Source: an uncultured delta proteobacterium (GTDB lineage: Bacteria > Desulfobacterota > Binatia > Binatales > Binataceae). From it: a DNA stretch of 64,000 bases. The stretch spans positions 576,001 through 640,000 of the forward strand of contig CAVRVY010000003.1 of the NCBI GenBank assembly GCA_963724765.1, given 5' to 3'. The notes under the pieces were generated by a model. It searched no databases, was not told where the DNA came from, and was given only the letters and a program-made list of their open reading frames with translations. Shown here piece after piece: positions 18,889 to 29,781 of this stretch (position 1 is its first letter; each line of letters opens with the position of its first letter). A program made the translations under genes and the position numbers.

Positions 18889-19452
18889 ATGAGAGTTATC
18901 GCGGGCGAGGCCCATGGACGGCGGCTCCGCGCGCCGCGTGGATTAGTGACGCGCCCGGCGACCGCGCGCGTGCGCGCGTCGATTTTCTCGCGCCTGGCCG
19001 CGCGCACGGAGCTTGTCGGGGCCCGGGTGCTCGATCTCTTCGCGGGCAGCGGCTCGCTGGGGCTGGAGGCGCTCTCGCGCGGCGCCTCGGGGGCGGTTTT
19101 CGTCGATTCCTCGCGCGCGGCGGCGACCGCGATCCGCGACAACCTGCGCGTGCTCGGCCTGGAAGGGCGCGCGGAGGTGATAGTCGCCGGCGTGGAGCGC
19201 GCAATCGCGGCTCTGGGGGCGCGCGGCGCGCGCTTCGACCTGGTGTTCGTTGACGCGCCGTATCGCGACGATACCAGCGCCGCGGTGCTCCGGGCGCTGG
19301 CGGAGGGCGGATTGCTTGGCGTGAACGCCTACGTGGTCGTGCGGCAGGCCGGCCGCGCGCCGGAGATCTCGCCGGCGGGACTCGAAGCGATCAATTGTGC
19401 AACCCTGGGCGATCATCGGATCGCCCTTTACCGCGCGCCGGCGGCGCGCTAG
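18889..19452 (+). CDS. rsmD: 16S rRNA (guanine966-N2) methyltransferase
   Basis: MRVIAG, LDLFAGSGSLGLEALSRGA and DAPY motifs; adjacent to coaD. Confidence 0.93.
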   Translation: MRVIAGEAHGRRLRAPRGLVTRPATARVRASIFSRLAARTELVGARVLDLFAGSGSLGLEALSRGASGAVFVDSSRAAATAIRDNLRVLGLEGRAEVIVAGVERAIAALGARGARFDLVFVDAPYRDDTSAAVLRALAEGGLLGVNAYVVVRQAGRAPEISPAGLEAINCATLGDHRIALYRAPAAR

Positions 19453-19470
19453 TTCAAGCAGCGGCGTGGC

Positions 19471-19986
19471 ATGGTGAACAAAGTCAAGGATTCGGTACCC
19501 AGGTGCGCGATCTACCCGGGGACGTTTGACCCGATCCACAATGGGCACATCGACGTCATCCGCCGCAGCGTCGCGATCTTCGACGAAGTGATCGTCGCGG
19601 TGGCCTACAATCCGCACAAGGACCCCGCGCTGTTCTCGCCCGACGAGCGGGTCGAGATGATCCGCGAGACCATCCGCGACCTTGAGCCGCGGGCCCGGGT
19701 CGATAAGTTCAGCGGGCTCTCGGTCGACTACGCTCAGCGCATCGGCGCGCACATCATCATCCGCAGCCTGCGCGCGGTGACCGACTTCGACTACGAACTG
19801 CAGATGGCGCACATGAACAACCAGATGTGGGCGAAGGTCGAGACCGTGTTCCTGTTCGCCAATCCCAAGCTGTTCTTCTCAGCCTCGCGGCTGATCAAGG
19901 AAGTCGCCAGCTACGGCAAGAGGCTGCCCGAGCTGGTGCCCGAGCTGGTGATGAACCGGCTGCGCGCCAAGCTCAAAATCGACTGA
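19471..19986 (+). CDS. coaD: Phosphopantetheine adenylyltransferase
   Basis: YPGTFDPIHNGH and DFDYELQMAHMN motifs. Confidence 0.96.
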   Translation: MVNKVKDSVPRCAIYPGTFDPIHNGHIDVIRRSVAIFDEVIVAVAYNPHKDPALFSPDERVEMIRETIRDLEPRARVDKFSGLSVDYAQRIGAHIIIRSLRAVTDFDYELQMAHMNNQMWAKVETVFLFANPKLFFSASRLIKEVASYGKRLPELVPELVMNRLRAKLKID

Positions 19987-20074
19987 GCACCTTTCGTCTG
20001 CTAGGCTTGGGTGCCTCGCGCGCCGCCCGGACGGCGCGCCAATTTTGTTGGCCAGGAACACTTAGGACCAGGAG

Positions 20075-21277
20075 ATGCTGAAGCTCAACCGCAGAGTAGC
20101 CGCGATCAAGTCGTCGGCCACGTTGGCGGCCGATGCGCGCGCGACCGAACTGAGGGCCGCCGGCGTCGACGTCATCCCGCTAGCCGCCGGCGAGCCTGAC
20201 TTCGACACCCCCGAGCGCATCAAGGAAGCCGCGCGCCGCGCGCTCGCGGCCGGCAAGACCAAGTACACGCCAGTGGCCGGCACGCGCGAGCTCAAGGACG
20301 CGATTTGCCTCAAGCTCAAGCGCGACAACCACCTCGACTACGAGCCGGCCGAGATAATGGCCTCGGCCGGGAGCAAGCCCGCCGAGTACAACCTCATCGC
20401 GAGCCTCTTCGACGAGGGCGACGAGGTGATCGTGCCGACGCCGGCGTGGGTCAGCTTCGTCGCGATGATCCAGCTAAGCGGCGCCGAGCCGAAACTGGTC
20501 GCCTGCCCGGAGAGCGACGGCTTTCTGCTCGGCCCGGAGCGGCTGCGCAGCGCGATTGGCCCGCGCACGCGCGGCATCATGCTCAACTCGCCCTCCAATC
20601 CGACCGGCGCGGTCTATAACGCGGCGCAACTCGCGGCGCTCGCGCGCGTGCTGGTAGAGTTCCCACAGGTATGGGTGATGTCGGACGACGCGTACGAGCA
20701 TATCGCCTACGTCGGACGCGTGCCGCACATCTTCGAGATCGAGCCGCGGCTTAAGCAGCACGGGATCGTGTTCAACACGCTCTCGAAGGCGTATGCGATG
20801 ACCGGATGGCGCATCGGATTCGCCGCCGGGCCGCGCGAGGCGATCGGAGCGGCGACGCGTCTGCAAAGCCAGAACAGCGGCAATCCCAATTCGATCGCGC
20901 AGGCCGCGGCGGTCGAGGCGCTGACCGGCCCGCAGGACGAAATCGCCGCGATGGCGGCCGAGTTCCGCGCGCGCCGCGACCTGGTGGTCGAGCGGGTGCG
21001 CCGGATTCCCGGCTTCAGCCTGCCCAATGTGCCCGAGGGCGCGTTCTACGCATTCGTCAACGTGTCGGCGATGCTCAAGCGCGAGTACAAGGGACAGCCT
21101 ATCGGCGACGGCGACCGCCTGGCCTCGATCATCCTCGACGACGCGCAGGTCGCGATCGTCGGCGGCAACGATTTCGACGCGCCCAACCACGTGCGGCTCT
21201 CCTACGCGACCTCGCGCGAGAAGCTCACGCAGGCCTTCGACCGTATCGAGCGCCTGGCGCGCGAAATCATGCGCTAG
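20075..21277 (+). CDS. aspC: Aspartate aminotransferase family (class I/II PLP enzyme)
   Basis: GEPDFDTP, NSPSNPTG and SKAYAMTGWRIG motifs. Confidence 0.9.
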   Translation: MLKLNRRVAAIKSSATLAADARATELRAAGVDVIPLAAGEPDFDTPERIKEAARRALAAGKTKYTPVAGTRELKDAICLKLKRDNHLDYEPAEIMASAGSKPAEYNLIASLFDEGDEVIVPTPAWVSFVAMIQLSGAEPKLVACPESDGFLLGPERLRSAIGPRTRGIMLNSPSNPTGAVYNAAQLAALARVLVEFPQVWVMSDDAYEHIAYVGRVPHIFEIEPRLKQHGIVFNTLSKAYAMTGWRIGFAAGPREAIGAATRLQSQNSGNPNSIAQAAAVEALTGPQDEIAAMAAEFRARRDLVVERVRRIPGFSLPNVPEGAFYAFVNVSAMLKREYKGQPIGDGDRLASIILDDAQVAIVGGNDFDAPNHVRLSYATSREKLTQAFDRIERLAREIMR

Positions 21278-21296
21278 AGAAAGAAGCGCCGTTGCG

Positions 21297-21725
21297 CTAG
21301 CGGCGCCAGGGCGCGGGCAGCTCGCCGGTGCGGATGAAACGCAGGTAGTCGGCGAGAATTTCGGCGTGGTCAAAGGCGAGCGGCGCGGGCGGCGCGTCGG
21401 GCGCGAACAACCCGATTCCCTTGGCGTCGTCGGCGGCCCGCGGCTGACCGTGCGCCCGGCCGACGTAAACCGCGGTGACGGTCTGACCGCGCGGATCGCG
21501 GTCGGGGCGCGAATACACGCCGAGCAGCGCGCGCAGTTCGACTTCGAGCGTGGTTTCCTCGCGCAGTTCGCGTACGGCGGCGTCCTCAACCTTCTCGCCG
21601 ACGTCGACGAAGCCGCCGGGAAACGCCCATCCGAAGGGAAAGTTGCGCCGCTCGATCAGCACGATATCGGTTCCGATTTCGGCGATCACGTCGGCCGCGA
21701 TAGGGGGGCATACTGGCTTGGGCAT
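21297..21725 (-). CDS. NUDIX hydrolase
   Basis: Nudix box GGFVDVGEKVEDAAVRELREET, plus RDPR and LAFDH. Confidence 0.94.
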   Translation of the reverse strand: MPKPVCPPIAADVIAEIGTDIVLIERRNFPFGWAFPGGFVDVGEKVEDAAVRELREETTLEVELRALLGVYSRPDRDPRGQTVTAVYVGRAHGQPRAADDAKGIGLFAPDAPPAPLAFDHAEILADYLRFIRTGELPAPWRR

Positions 21726-21783
21726 GCTTGAAGGTTAACACTGCGCGCGCCGCGCCGCATCGGCCGCTGCAGGCGCGCCGGCA

Positions 21784-21813
21784 ACAGGAACGTTTGACAC
21801 AGGAACGTTTGAC
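21784..21813. repeat. Perfect tandem 15-bp direct repeat
   Basis: ACAGGAACGTTTGAC x2 in the divergent region between the NUDIX and dehydrogenase genes. Confidence 0.85.
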
Positions 21814-21848
21814 AATGGACGGCGTGGACCACAAAGTTCTGGACTGAC

Positions 21849-22871
21849 ATGCAAGTAGCACGGCTTTACGATTTTGGTGATATCCGCGTCGAGCACGACC
21901 CACGCCCTGAGCCCGGCCCCGACGAAATCCTGGTTCGTGCCCGTGCCTGCGGTATCTGCTCGGGCGACATCATGCCCTGGTACATTCGGCGCAAGGCGCC
22001 GCTGGTGCTGGGGCACGAGCCTGTCGGCGTGGTCGAGGAAGTTGGTGCGGCGGTGCGCGGGTTTCGCCGCGGCGAGCGCGTCTTCGTTCATCATCACGCG
22101 CCGTGCTTCGAGTGCGCGTCGTGCCGGCGCGGCGAATACGTGCAGTGCGCGACCTGGCGCGCGACCAAAATCGTGCCGGGCGGGATGGCCGAGTATTTCG
22201 TGGTGGGCGCGCACAACCAAAGCGACACGCTCCGCTTGCCCGACGCGCTCGCCGACGCCGACGGCGTGCTAATCGAGCCCGCGGCGTGCGTGGTCAAGTC
22301 GCTCCGCCGCTCGGGCCTCAAGCGTGACGAAAGCATCCTGATAATCGGACTCGGGATCATGGGCATGATGCACGTGGTGCTGGCGCGCCATCTCGGAGCG
22401 GGACGCATAATCGGCGCCGACCTGTTCGAGACGCGCGCGCGGCGCGCCGTCGCGCTGGGCGCCGACACGGGGCTGGTGGTCTCGGGCGACAACCTGGTGG
22501 AGCAGGTGCGCGAAGCGACCGGCGGCGCGATGGCCGACGTGGTGATCGTCGGTCCCGGAAACGCCAGGGCGATCGCGCAGGGTATCGCGGCGGCCGGCAA
22601 GGGCGCCACCGTGGTGCAGTTCACCGCCACGCCGCCCGAGGACGAGATGACACTTAGGCCGCACGATCTCTATTTCAACGAGACGCGGCTGGTGCCGAGC
22701 TACTCCTGCGGGCCCGACGACACGCGGGAGGCGATGGCGCTGGTGGAACGCTCCGTGTTGCGCGCCGCCGACCTGGTGACCCATCGTTTTCCACTAGAGC
22801 GCGTGAACGAAGCCTACGCAACGGCGCAGAAGCCCGAATCGCTCAAGGTGATCGTAACCTTCGAAGGGTAG
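21849..22871 (+). CDS. Zinc-dependent medium-chain dehydrogenase (iditol/threonine DH-like)
   Basis: CGICSGD, GHE, CxxCxxCx7C and GLGIMG motifs. Confidence 0.92.
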   Translation: MQVARLYDFGDIRVEHDPRPEPGPDEILVRARACGICSGDIMPWYIRRKAPLVLGHEPVGVVEEVGAAVRGFRRGERVFVHHHAPCFECASCRRGEYVQCATWRATKIVPGGMAEYFVVGAHNQSDTLRLPDALADADGVLIEPAACVVKSLRRSGLKRDESILIIGLGIMGMMHVVLARHLGAGRIIGADLFETRARRAVALGADTGLVVSGDNLVEQVREATGGAMADVVIVGPGNARAIAQGIAAAGKGATVVQFTATPPEDEMTLRPHDLYFNETRLVPSYSCGPDDTREAMALVERSVLRAADLVTHRFPLERVNEAYATAQKPESLKVIVTFEG

Positions 22872-22975
22872 CCGCACGCCAGCATGATCGCCGGACAATC
22901 GGCGCCAAGCGCAATCGCGCCAACCGAAGGACCGCACGAATAGCCACTAGCTACTCGGCCCGTAGCGCGCACACA

Positions 22976-23009
22976 AGGAAAAGGGCGGTCGTTAAGCCGC
23001 CCTTTTCCT
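22976..23009. terminator. Terminator hairpin between convergent genes
   Basis: AGGAAAAGGGCGG-N8-CCGCCCTTTTCCT with A/T tracts on both arms. Confidence 0.8.
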
Positions 23010-23025
23010 GTGCAGGCGTTGAAAA

Positions 23026-23442
23026 CTACGGAGTCGCGGGCGCTGGAGCCGCAGGTGCCGGAGCGGGCGCGGCCGCACCGCCGTCGGCCGGAGCAGGCGC
23101 CGGAGCCGCGTGCATCACATGGTGATGAACGTGATGCATGACGTGATGATGCATCACGTGATGGCCACCTTCGGTCTTCATGGAGATCGCTTCAGCGCGA
23201 TCTGCAGCGGCCTTCGCGTCAGCCGCGGCCTGCTCGGTGCGGGTGGCGGCAGCCTGCGCGGCCGCGGCCGACTGCTGCGCCGAGCTGGCGGCAGCTTCAG
23301 CACCCTGCGCCGAGGAGGCAGCCTGCGTGGCCGCCGCCTGGGCTTTTTGCGCGGCGTCCTGACCGGCGCATCCAGCAAATAGAGCGAGCGCCAGAGCAGC
23401 CCCGGCAAATGCGATCATCTTCGAAGTTTTTAAGCCTTCCAT
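23026..23442 (-). CDS. Alanine-zipper lipoprotein with His/Met-rich segment
   Basis: GGAGGGAAGGA RBS region, lipobox FAGC, Ala-zipper helix, HHVMHHHVMHHVHHHVMH and a Pro/Ala tail. Confidence 0.85.
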   Translation of the reverse strand: MEGLKTSKMIAFAGAALALALFAGCAGQDAAQKAQAAATQAASSAQGAEAAASSAQQSAAAAQAAATRTEQAAADAKAAADRAEAISMKTEGGHHVMHHHVMHHVHHHVMHAAPAPAPADGGAAAPAPAPAAPAPATP

Positions 23443-23701
23443 CCTTGATTCCTTCCCTCCTTACAAGTCGGCGACGGGCCGCGATGTGGACCGTCTCACC
23501 AGTTAGTCACATCCCCAACGGAACTGCTATGCCGGGTTGGTTACGAGCATAACAAATTTTACACAAGTTGAAAGCTGACGCAGTCAGCATTTCTTATATT
23601 ACGACCTACCCCAACTCAAGGTTAGCTTGTAACCAAACTCAAGATCGGGCTGTGCCGCCGGTTGCGCGCCAATTACAGTACCGAGCTCTCTAATGCACGA
23701 A

Positions 23702-25429
<1,728 letters not shown>

Positions 25430-25547
25430 CGAAAAAATCTCCGTAAAAGAATCTTTGAACTGTGCGCGCACCGATACGTCGAGGCCTAATCGGCGCGACC
25501 CGCTCGAACATAAGCATGCTGGCGCGCATTACCAGTAGTATCACGCT

Positions 25548-26123
25548 TTGTGCCCGATAACCGAGCGTGCAAGGATAGCTAGCGTGATCACAACTCCGTT
25601 GAACAAGACGCCGGCGCTCCCGCAGATGACGCCAGCGCCGTCAGACCAGGCGCCGGCCTCGCCAGACAAGACGGCACGGCGCGCCACCCCTGTGCTCGCG
25701 GCGCTGCTTGGCGTGGCGGCGCTCGCCGCGTCAATCCCACCAATGGCGACTGCCGGCTCGGGGACTCCGCCCGGCGCCTTAGCTTCGCTTCGCGCGCAAC
25801 CGCCGCGCGAGCTATCTGCCCCGCCGCGAGCCGCCATGGCCGCCCCGATGCTCGCCCAGGACGACGATGATGACAGCGGCGGCGATGCCACCGCGGACAA
25901 GGGCGCCTCACCTGAACAGATCGAAAAGTACGTCGCGGTCTACCGCGCGATGCAGGGCAATCACAGCATGACCGTCGAACAAGCCGCCGCGGCTCAGGGA
26001 CTGACCGTGGGAGCCTTTCGCGACCTCGAGCGGCGTATCGAGAGCGACGACCTCTCGCGCGATGACGCCCGCCGCGCGCTCGCCGCGCCAACCCACAGCG
26101 CCACGCCGACGGCGCGGCGCTGA
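25548..26123 (+). CDS. Hypothetical exported protein (C-terminal helical domain reminiscent of DUF4168)
   Basis: Hydrophobic signal-like segment, acidic QDDDDD patch, SPEQIEKYVAVY and GLTVGAF. Start uncertain. Confidence 0.6.
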   Translation: MCPITERARIASVITTPLNKTPALPQMTPAPSDQAPASPDKTARRATPVLAALLGVAALAASIPPMATAGSGTPPGALASLRAQPPRELSAPPRAAMAAPMLAQDDDDDSGGDATADKGASPEQIEKYVAVYRAMQGNHSMTVEQAAAAQGLTVGAFRDLERRIESDDLSRDDARRALAAPTHSATPTARR

Positions 26124-26155
26124 GTCACGCGTTCGCCGATCGCTATCGAGAGTTT

Positions 26156-26195
26156 CAAAAAATGGCGGAAGAGGATCGAGTCTCCTCTTCCGCCA
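26156..26195 (-). terminator. Rho-independent terminator
   Basis: TGGCGGAAGAGGA-N7-TCCTCTTCCGCCA followed by T6 on the minus strand, just after the 26207 stop. Confidence 0.88.
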
Positions 26196-26206
26196 GGCAC
26201 TGATCG

Positions 26207-26488
26207 TTACTTCGTAACGGAGGACGCGAATTCCGCTTCGAGGCGAGCCACAGCGTCGTTTGCGCGCTTGACTGAGTCCTCTGCGCCAGCAGCCGCTTCC
26301 TGGGCGCTTTTGGCCGACTGGGCCGCCTGGTTGGCCGAGTTCTGCGCATTGGTCGTCGCCGTGGAAGCCGACTGCGCGCTGGCCTCAGCCTGCGAAGTCG
26401 CCTGATCGATCTGAGTCTGGTAACTGCATCCGATGGCGAACAGACCACCGAGCGCAAGGATTCCGAGCGCACTCACCAACTTCTTCAT
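26207..26488 (-). CDS. Lpp/OprI-like alanine-zipper lipoprotein
   Basis: AGGAGG RBS, MKK signal with AIGC lipobox, Ala/Gln/Ser heptads and a C-terminus ..RLEAEFASSVTK. Confidence 0.85.
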   Translation of the reverse strand: MKKLVSALGILALGGLFAIGCSYQTQIDQATSQAEASAQSASTATTNAQNSANQAAQSAKSAQEAAAGAEDSVKRANDAVARLEAEFASSVTK

Positions 26489-26762
26489 CCGAACCCACCT
26501 CCTGGTAAACCGGTAAAATCGGTCTTCTATATGTGAAAGCAATCTAACAGCATCGCACGTCGGCGCGAAGCGTTTACAGCCGCGAAATTGTGCTCATCGT
26601 TACAAATCAATCTGTTCAAGGCAAGCCAACTGGACGCCCCGCCGCTCGTTTCCCCGCTCGTGCAGGGCTCCGGTTGACTTCCAAAACTGGCGATGAGTAT
26701 CGTCAACTCAAATTCCTGGTCGAATTCCACGCAACCATTAATCACCGGCTCCGCTCACGATC

Positions 26763-27557
26763 GTGTCGACAGGCAACATCAACGAACGACAAAGCCAACC
26801 TGAGACGGCAAAAGCGGCAATCGAGGCCAAGGCTGTCGCCAGTCCGGCGCCGCACGCCGACGTCGGGGCCGCCGCGCACCCTCCGGCTCCCGGCGGCACT
26901 CCCGATCGCGGACCGGCCATGATGACCGCGATTCCGGGCGGCGGCGAAAACGCTCTGCCCGGGCCGCTCGAAGAGAAACGCTTCGCCGGCGAGATGGAGG
27001 GCGACTTCGAGGGCGTGCTCAGGATGGTCGAGCCGGGCGGTCCCGCCGGCCAGCGTCGGAGCCATCGCAGCATCTGGGGATCGCTGGTCAGACTGATGCG
27101 GATGGACCGGCTGCGCGGTCCTGCGACCCGCGCCGACCGGCACGTCGCCTTCGACGGCTACAGCAATCCGATGCACGACGAGAAAATCGAGCGCGACCGC
27201 CGCTACGGCACGGTCTACACGGTCGTCGAGCACGCCAACGCTTATCTGGTGGGCATCGAGATGCCGCGGCGAATTCCGGCGTCCTCGCTCAAGGAGTTGT
27301 GGAAACTTCCGGACGAGATGCCCGATTACGACTATACCGTCACGCTACACGAACAGGTGCTGGCCGTGCGGGCGGGCGTGCGCGGCGACGCGATGCGGCG
27401 ATTGTCGTACATCTCGGCATCGTTTCCTGCTGACTTCCTCACCCGGATCGAATTCGACCGACCGGTCACATCATTCAAGCATCGCCTGCGCAACAAGGTG
27501 CTCGAAATAGTGGTCTTCAAGGCCGCCGGACCCGAAACCATCAGCCGGGTCGCCTAG
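26763..27557 (+). CDS. Hypothetical protein with C-terminal HSP20/alpha-crystallin-like domain
   Basis: VEHANAYLVGIEMP and RLRNKVLEIVVFK resemble the first and last strands of alpha-crystallin domains. Start uncertain. Confidence 0.6.
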   Translation: MSTGNINERQSQPETAKAAIEAKAVASPAPHADVGAAAHPPAPGGTPDRGPAMMTAIPGGGENALPGPLEEKRFAGEMEGDFEGVLRMVEPGGPAGQRRSHRSIWGSLVRLMRMDRLRGPATRADRHVAFDGYSNPMHDEKIERDRRYGTVYTVVEHANAYLVGIEMPRRIPASSLKELWKLPDEMPDYDYTVTLHEQVLAVRAGVRGDAMRRLSYISASFPADFLTRIEFDRPVTSFKHRLRNKVLEIVVFKAAGPETISRVA

Positions 27558-27617
27558 GACGAGCGCACACGCCGCTTCGACGGGAGGTCAGGCGAGCGTA
27601 CGCTAAAGAGGCGGCCG

Positions 27618-28121
27618 ATGACGACGAATGTAAGAGAGGCCACCGCCGGCGATCTGCCACGCATCCTGGAGATCGAACGGCTGGCATTTCCACAGCCGTG
27701 GAGCCTCGACTCGTTCAAACGCGAACTGATGCTGCCCTTCTCCCGCATCATGGTGGCGGCCCAGCCGCCTTCAGCGCAAGCGGCTCACACGGCGCAGGCC
27801 GAGACCCGCAGCGAGCCTGCGGGCTTCCTGTGCCGATGGCTGGTCGCTGACGAATGCCACATCCTCAATGTGGCGGTGCATCCTGAGGCGCGGCGCAGCG
27901 GTATCGCGATGGCGTTGATGGCGGAGGTCATCAGCGAAGCAAAAGCAAAACACATCCGTCTCGTGACGCTCGAGGTGCGCCGCTCGAATGTCGCCGCAAG
28001 AAGCCTCTACCGCAAGCTGACTTTTGAAGAACGACGTTTGAGAACGAATTACTATGGGCCCGGCGAAGACGCGATCGTGATGGAGCTCCATCTCGGCGGC
28101 GGCCATCGTCTGCATCAATAG
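27618..28121 (+). CDS. rimI: Ribosomal protein S18 alanine N-acetyltransferase
   Basis: FPQPWS, ILNVAVHP, LEVRRSN and NYY..EDAIVM motifs. Confidence 0.92.
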   Translation: MTTNVREATAGDLPRILEIERLAFPQPWSLDSFKRELMLPFSRIMVAAQPPSAQAAHTAQAETRSEPAGFLCRWLVADECHILNVAVHPEARRSGIAMALMAEVISEAKAKHIRLVTLEVRRSNVAARSLYRKLTFEERRLRTNYYGPGEDAIVMELHLGGGHRLHQ

Positions 28122-28306
28122 TCCGCAAATAGTCCGCCCAAAGCGGAGACTTATCCGCAACTTAGCTGCGGATTTAGCGGGGTTACAAAACTCTACTAAT
28201 TGTGCCATAATATGGGCGTTGAGCCAGCGCTGATCGGACAGGAGTGAACCTCCGTCACTAACTGGACCGAAATCCATAACGCCACGCGGCTCGTGAAAGA
28301 ACATAG

Positions 28307-28804
28307 ATGATGAATCTGCCGTTCAAGAAGGGTGAGAAGGTGGTTTACCCGGCCCACGGGGTTGCGGTCATCGAGGACATTCAGAGCCGTGTCATTTCCG
28401 GGACCGAGCGCCGATTCTACATGCTCAAGATTCTCGGCACGGAGAAGATGACCATCATGATCCCGACCGAGAACGTAACCCAGGTCGGGCTGCGGCGGGT
28501 GATCGGCAAGGACGTGGTCGATAAGATTTACAAGATTTTGCGCACGCGCAAGGTCGACGCCGACACTCAGACCTGGAACCGGCGCTATCGCGAGTATACC
28601 GAAAAGATCAAGACCGGGTCGCCGCTCGAGATTGCCAAGGTCCTGCGCGACCTGCTGGTGCTCAAAGGCGACAAGGAGTTGTCGTTCGGTGAACGCAAGA
28701 TGCTCGATACTGCGCGCAGCTTGCTGGTGAAGGAGCTTTCCATCGCTAAGGCTCATCCGGAAGAAAAGATCATGGAAGAGCTCAAGATCATGTTCGCCAA
28801 TTAG
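28307..28804 (+). CDS. carD: CarD/CdnL family RNA polymerase-binding regulator
   Basis: VVYPAHGV, WNRRYRE and LSFGERKML motifs. Confidence 0.95.
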   Translation: MMNLPFKKGEKVVYPAHGVAVIEDIQSRVISGTERRFYMLKILGTEKMTIMIPTENVTQVGLRRVIGKDVVDKIYKILRTRKVDADTQTWNRRYREYTEKIKTGSPLEIAKVLRDLLVLKGDKELSFGERKMLDTARSLLVKELSIAKAHPEEKIMEELKIMFAN

Positions 28805-28834
28805 CGAACGCGCCGAAGCGAAAGACAAACTCGA

Positions 28835-28868
28835 AGAGGGATCGGAAGCAATTCCGATCCCTTTTTTT
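28835..28868 (+). terminator. Rho-independent terminator
   Basis: AGGGATCGGAA-gcaa-TTCCGATCCCT followed by a T tract. Confidence 0.9.
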
Positions 28869-28994
28869 GTTCCGTCGGTCGGTGGCTCTCGCCGTGAGCA
28901 CCTGGCCGCGCGCTTTGCCCTCTCACGCGCCGCTCGCTACGCTCGATAGCGCCGCGGCCACTTGGATTCGCTAATCGGCCGCGGCCTCGACGCG

Positions 28995-29684
28995 ATGCGA
29001 TGCTCCGTCATAATCGTCGCCGCCGGAAGCGGGCTGCGGCTTAAGATGGACGTGCCGAAGGCCTTCGTGCCGCTCGGCGGACGGCCGTTGCTTCACTACT
29101 CGCTACGCGCCATCGCGGCACTCGACGCGATCGGCGAGGCGGTGGTGACGGTGCCGGCCGGGATGGAGCGCCACGCGCGCGCCGAGGTCAAGCGCGCCGC
29201 AGTGGAAATTCCGGTCAAGCTGGTCGCGGGCGGCGCCGAGCGTCAGGACTCGGTGAGAATCGCACTTGAGCTCACCAGCGCGGAGAGCGAAGTCGTCGTG
29301 GTGCACGACGCGGCGCGCCCGTTCGCGACGCCCGCGCTGTTCGCCGCCTGCATCGACGCGACACGGCGGGCCGACGGCGCGATCGCCGCGATCGCTGTCG
29401 CCGACACGCTCAAGCGTATCGATGGCCGCACGATCACGGCGACGGTTGCGCGCCAGGGGCTATGGCAAGCGCAAACGCCGCAGGCGTTCAGGCGCGCGGC
29501 GCTGGTCGAGGCGCACGATCGCGCGATGCGCGAGCGATGCACCGCGACCGACGACGCCGAACTGGTCGAGCGATGCGGCGGGCGGGTCGAGGTAGTCGAA
29601 AGCTCGGCCACCAATCTCAAGATCACCACGCCGGCCGACCTCGAAATCGCCGCGGCGCTCGCCGCGCGAATCTTTGCCGGCTAG
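28995..29684 (+). CDS. ispD: 2-C-methyl-D-erythritol 4-phosphate cytidylyltransferase
   Basis: AAGSG.R, GGAERQDSV, VHDAARP, QTPQAF and NLKITTPADL motifs. Confidence 0.96.
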   Translation: MRCSVIIVAAGSGLRLKMDVPKAFVPLGGRPLLHYSLRAIAALDAIGEAVVTVPAGMERHARAEVKRAAVEIPVKLVAGGAERQDSVRIALELTSAESEVVVVHDAARPFATPALFAACIDATRRADGAIAAIAVADTLKRIDGRTITATVARQGLWQAQTPQAFRRAALVEAHDRAMRERCTATDDAELVERCGGRVEVVESSATNLKITTPADLEIAAALAARIFAG

Positions 29685-29781
29685 AAAAGTCCTGGTCCGC
29701 TAGAAAAAATCGGAAGTGGCCGCTATCGAGAGGCGCGCACCTCTTTATTCCAGCACGGGCCCTTCGGGAACGGCTCTCTTC

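Noticed and set aside
23516-23535. Possible sigma54 promoter for the His/Met lipoprotein (CGGCATAGCAGTTCC)
   Set aside because: The -12 position reads CC rather than GC; too weak to call.
28995-29781. ispF missing after carD-ispD; likewise tsaB missing before rimI and tatD missing after metG
   Set aside because: Simple operon rearrangement is common, and the rest of the genome is not visible.
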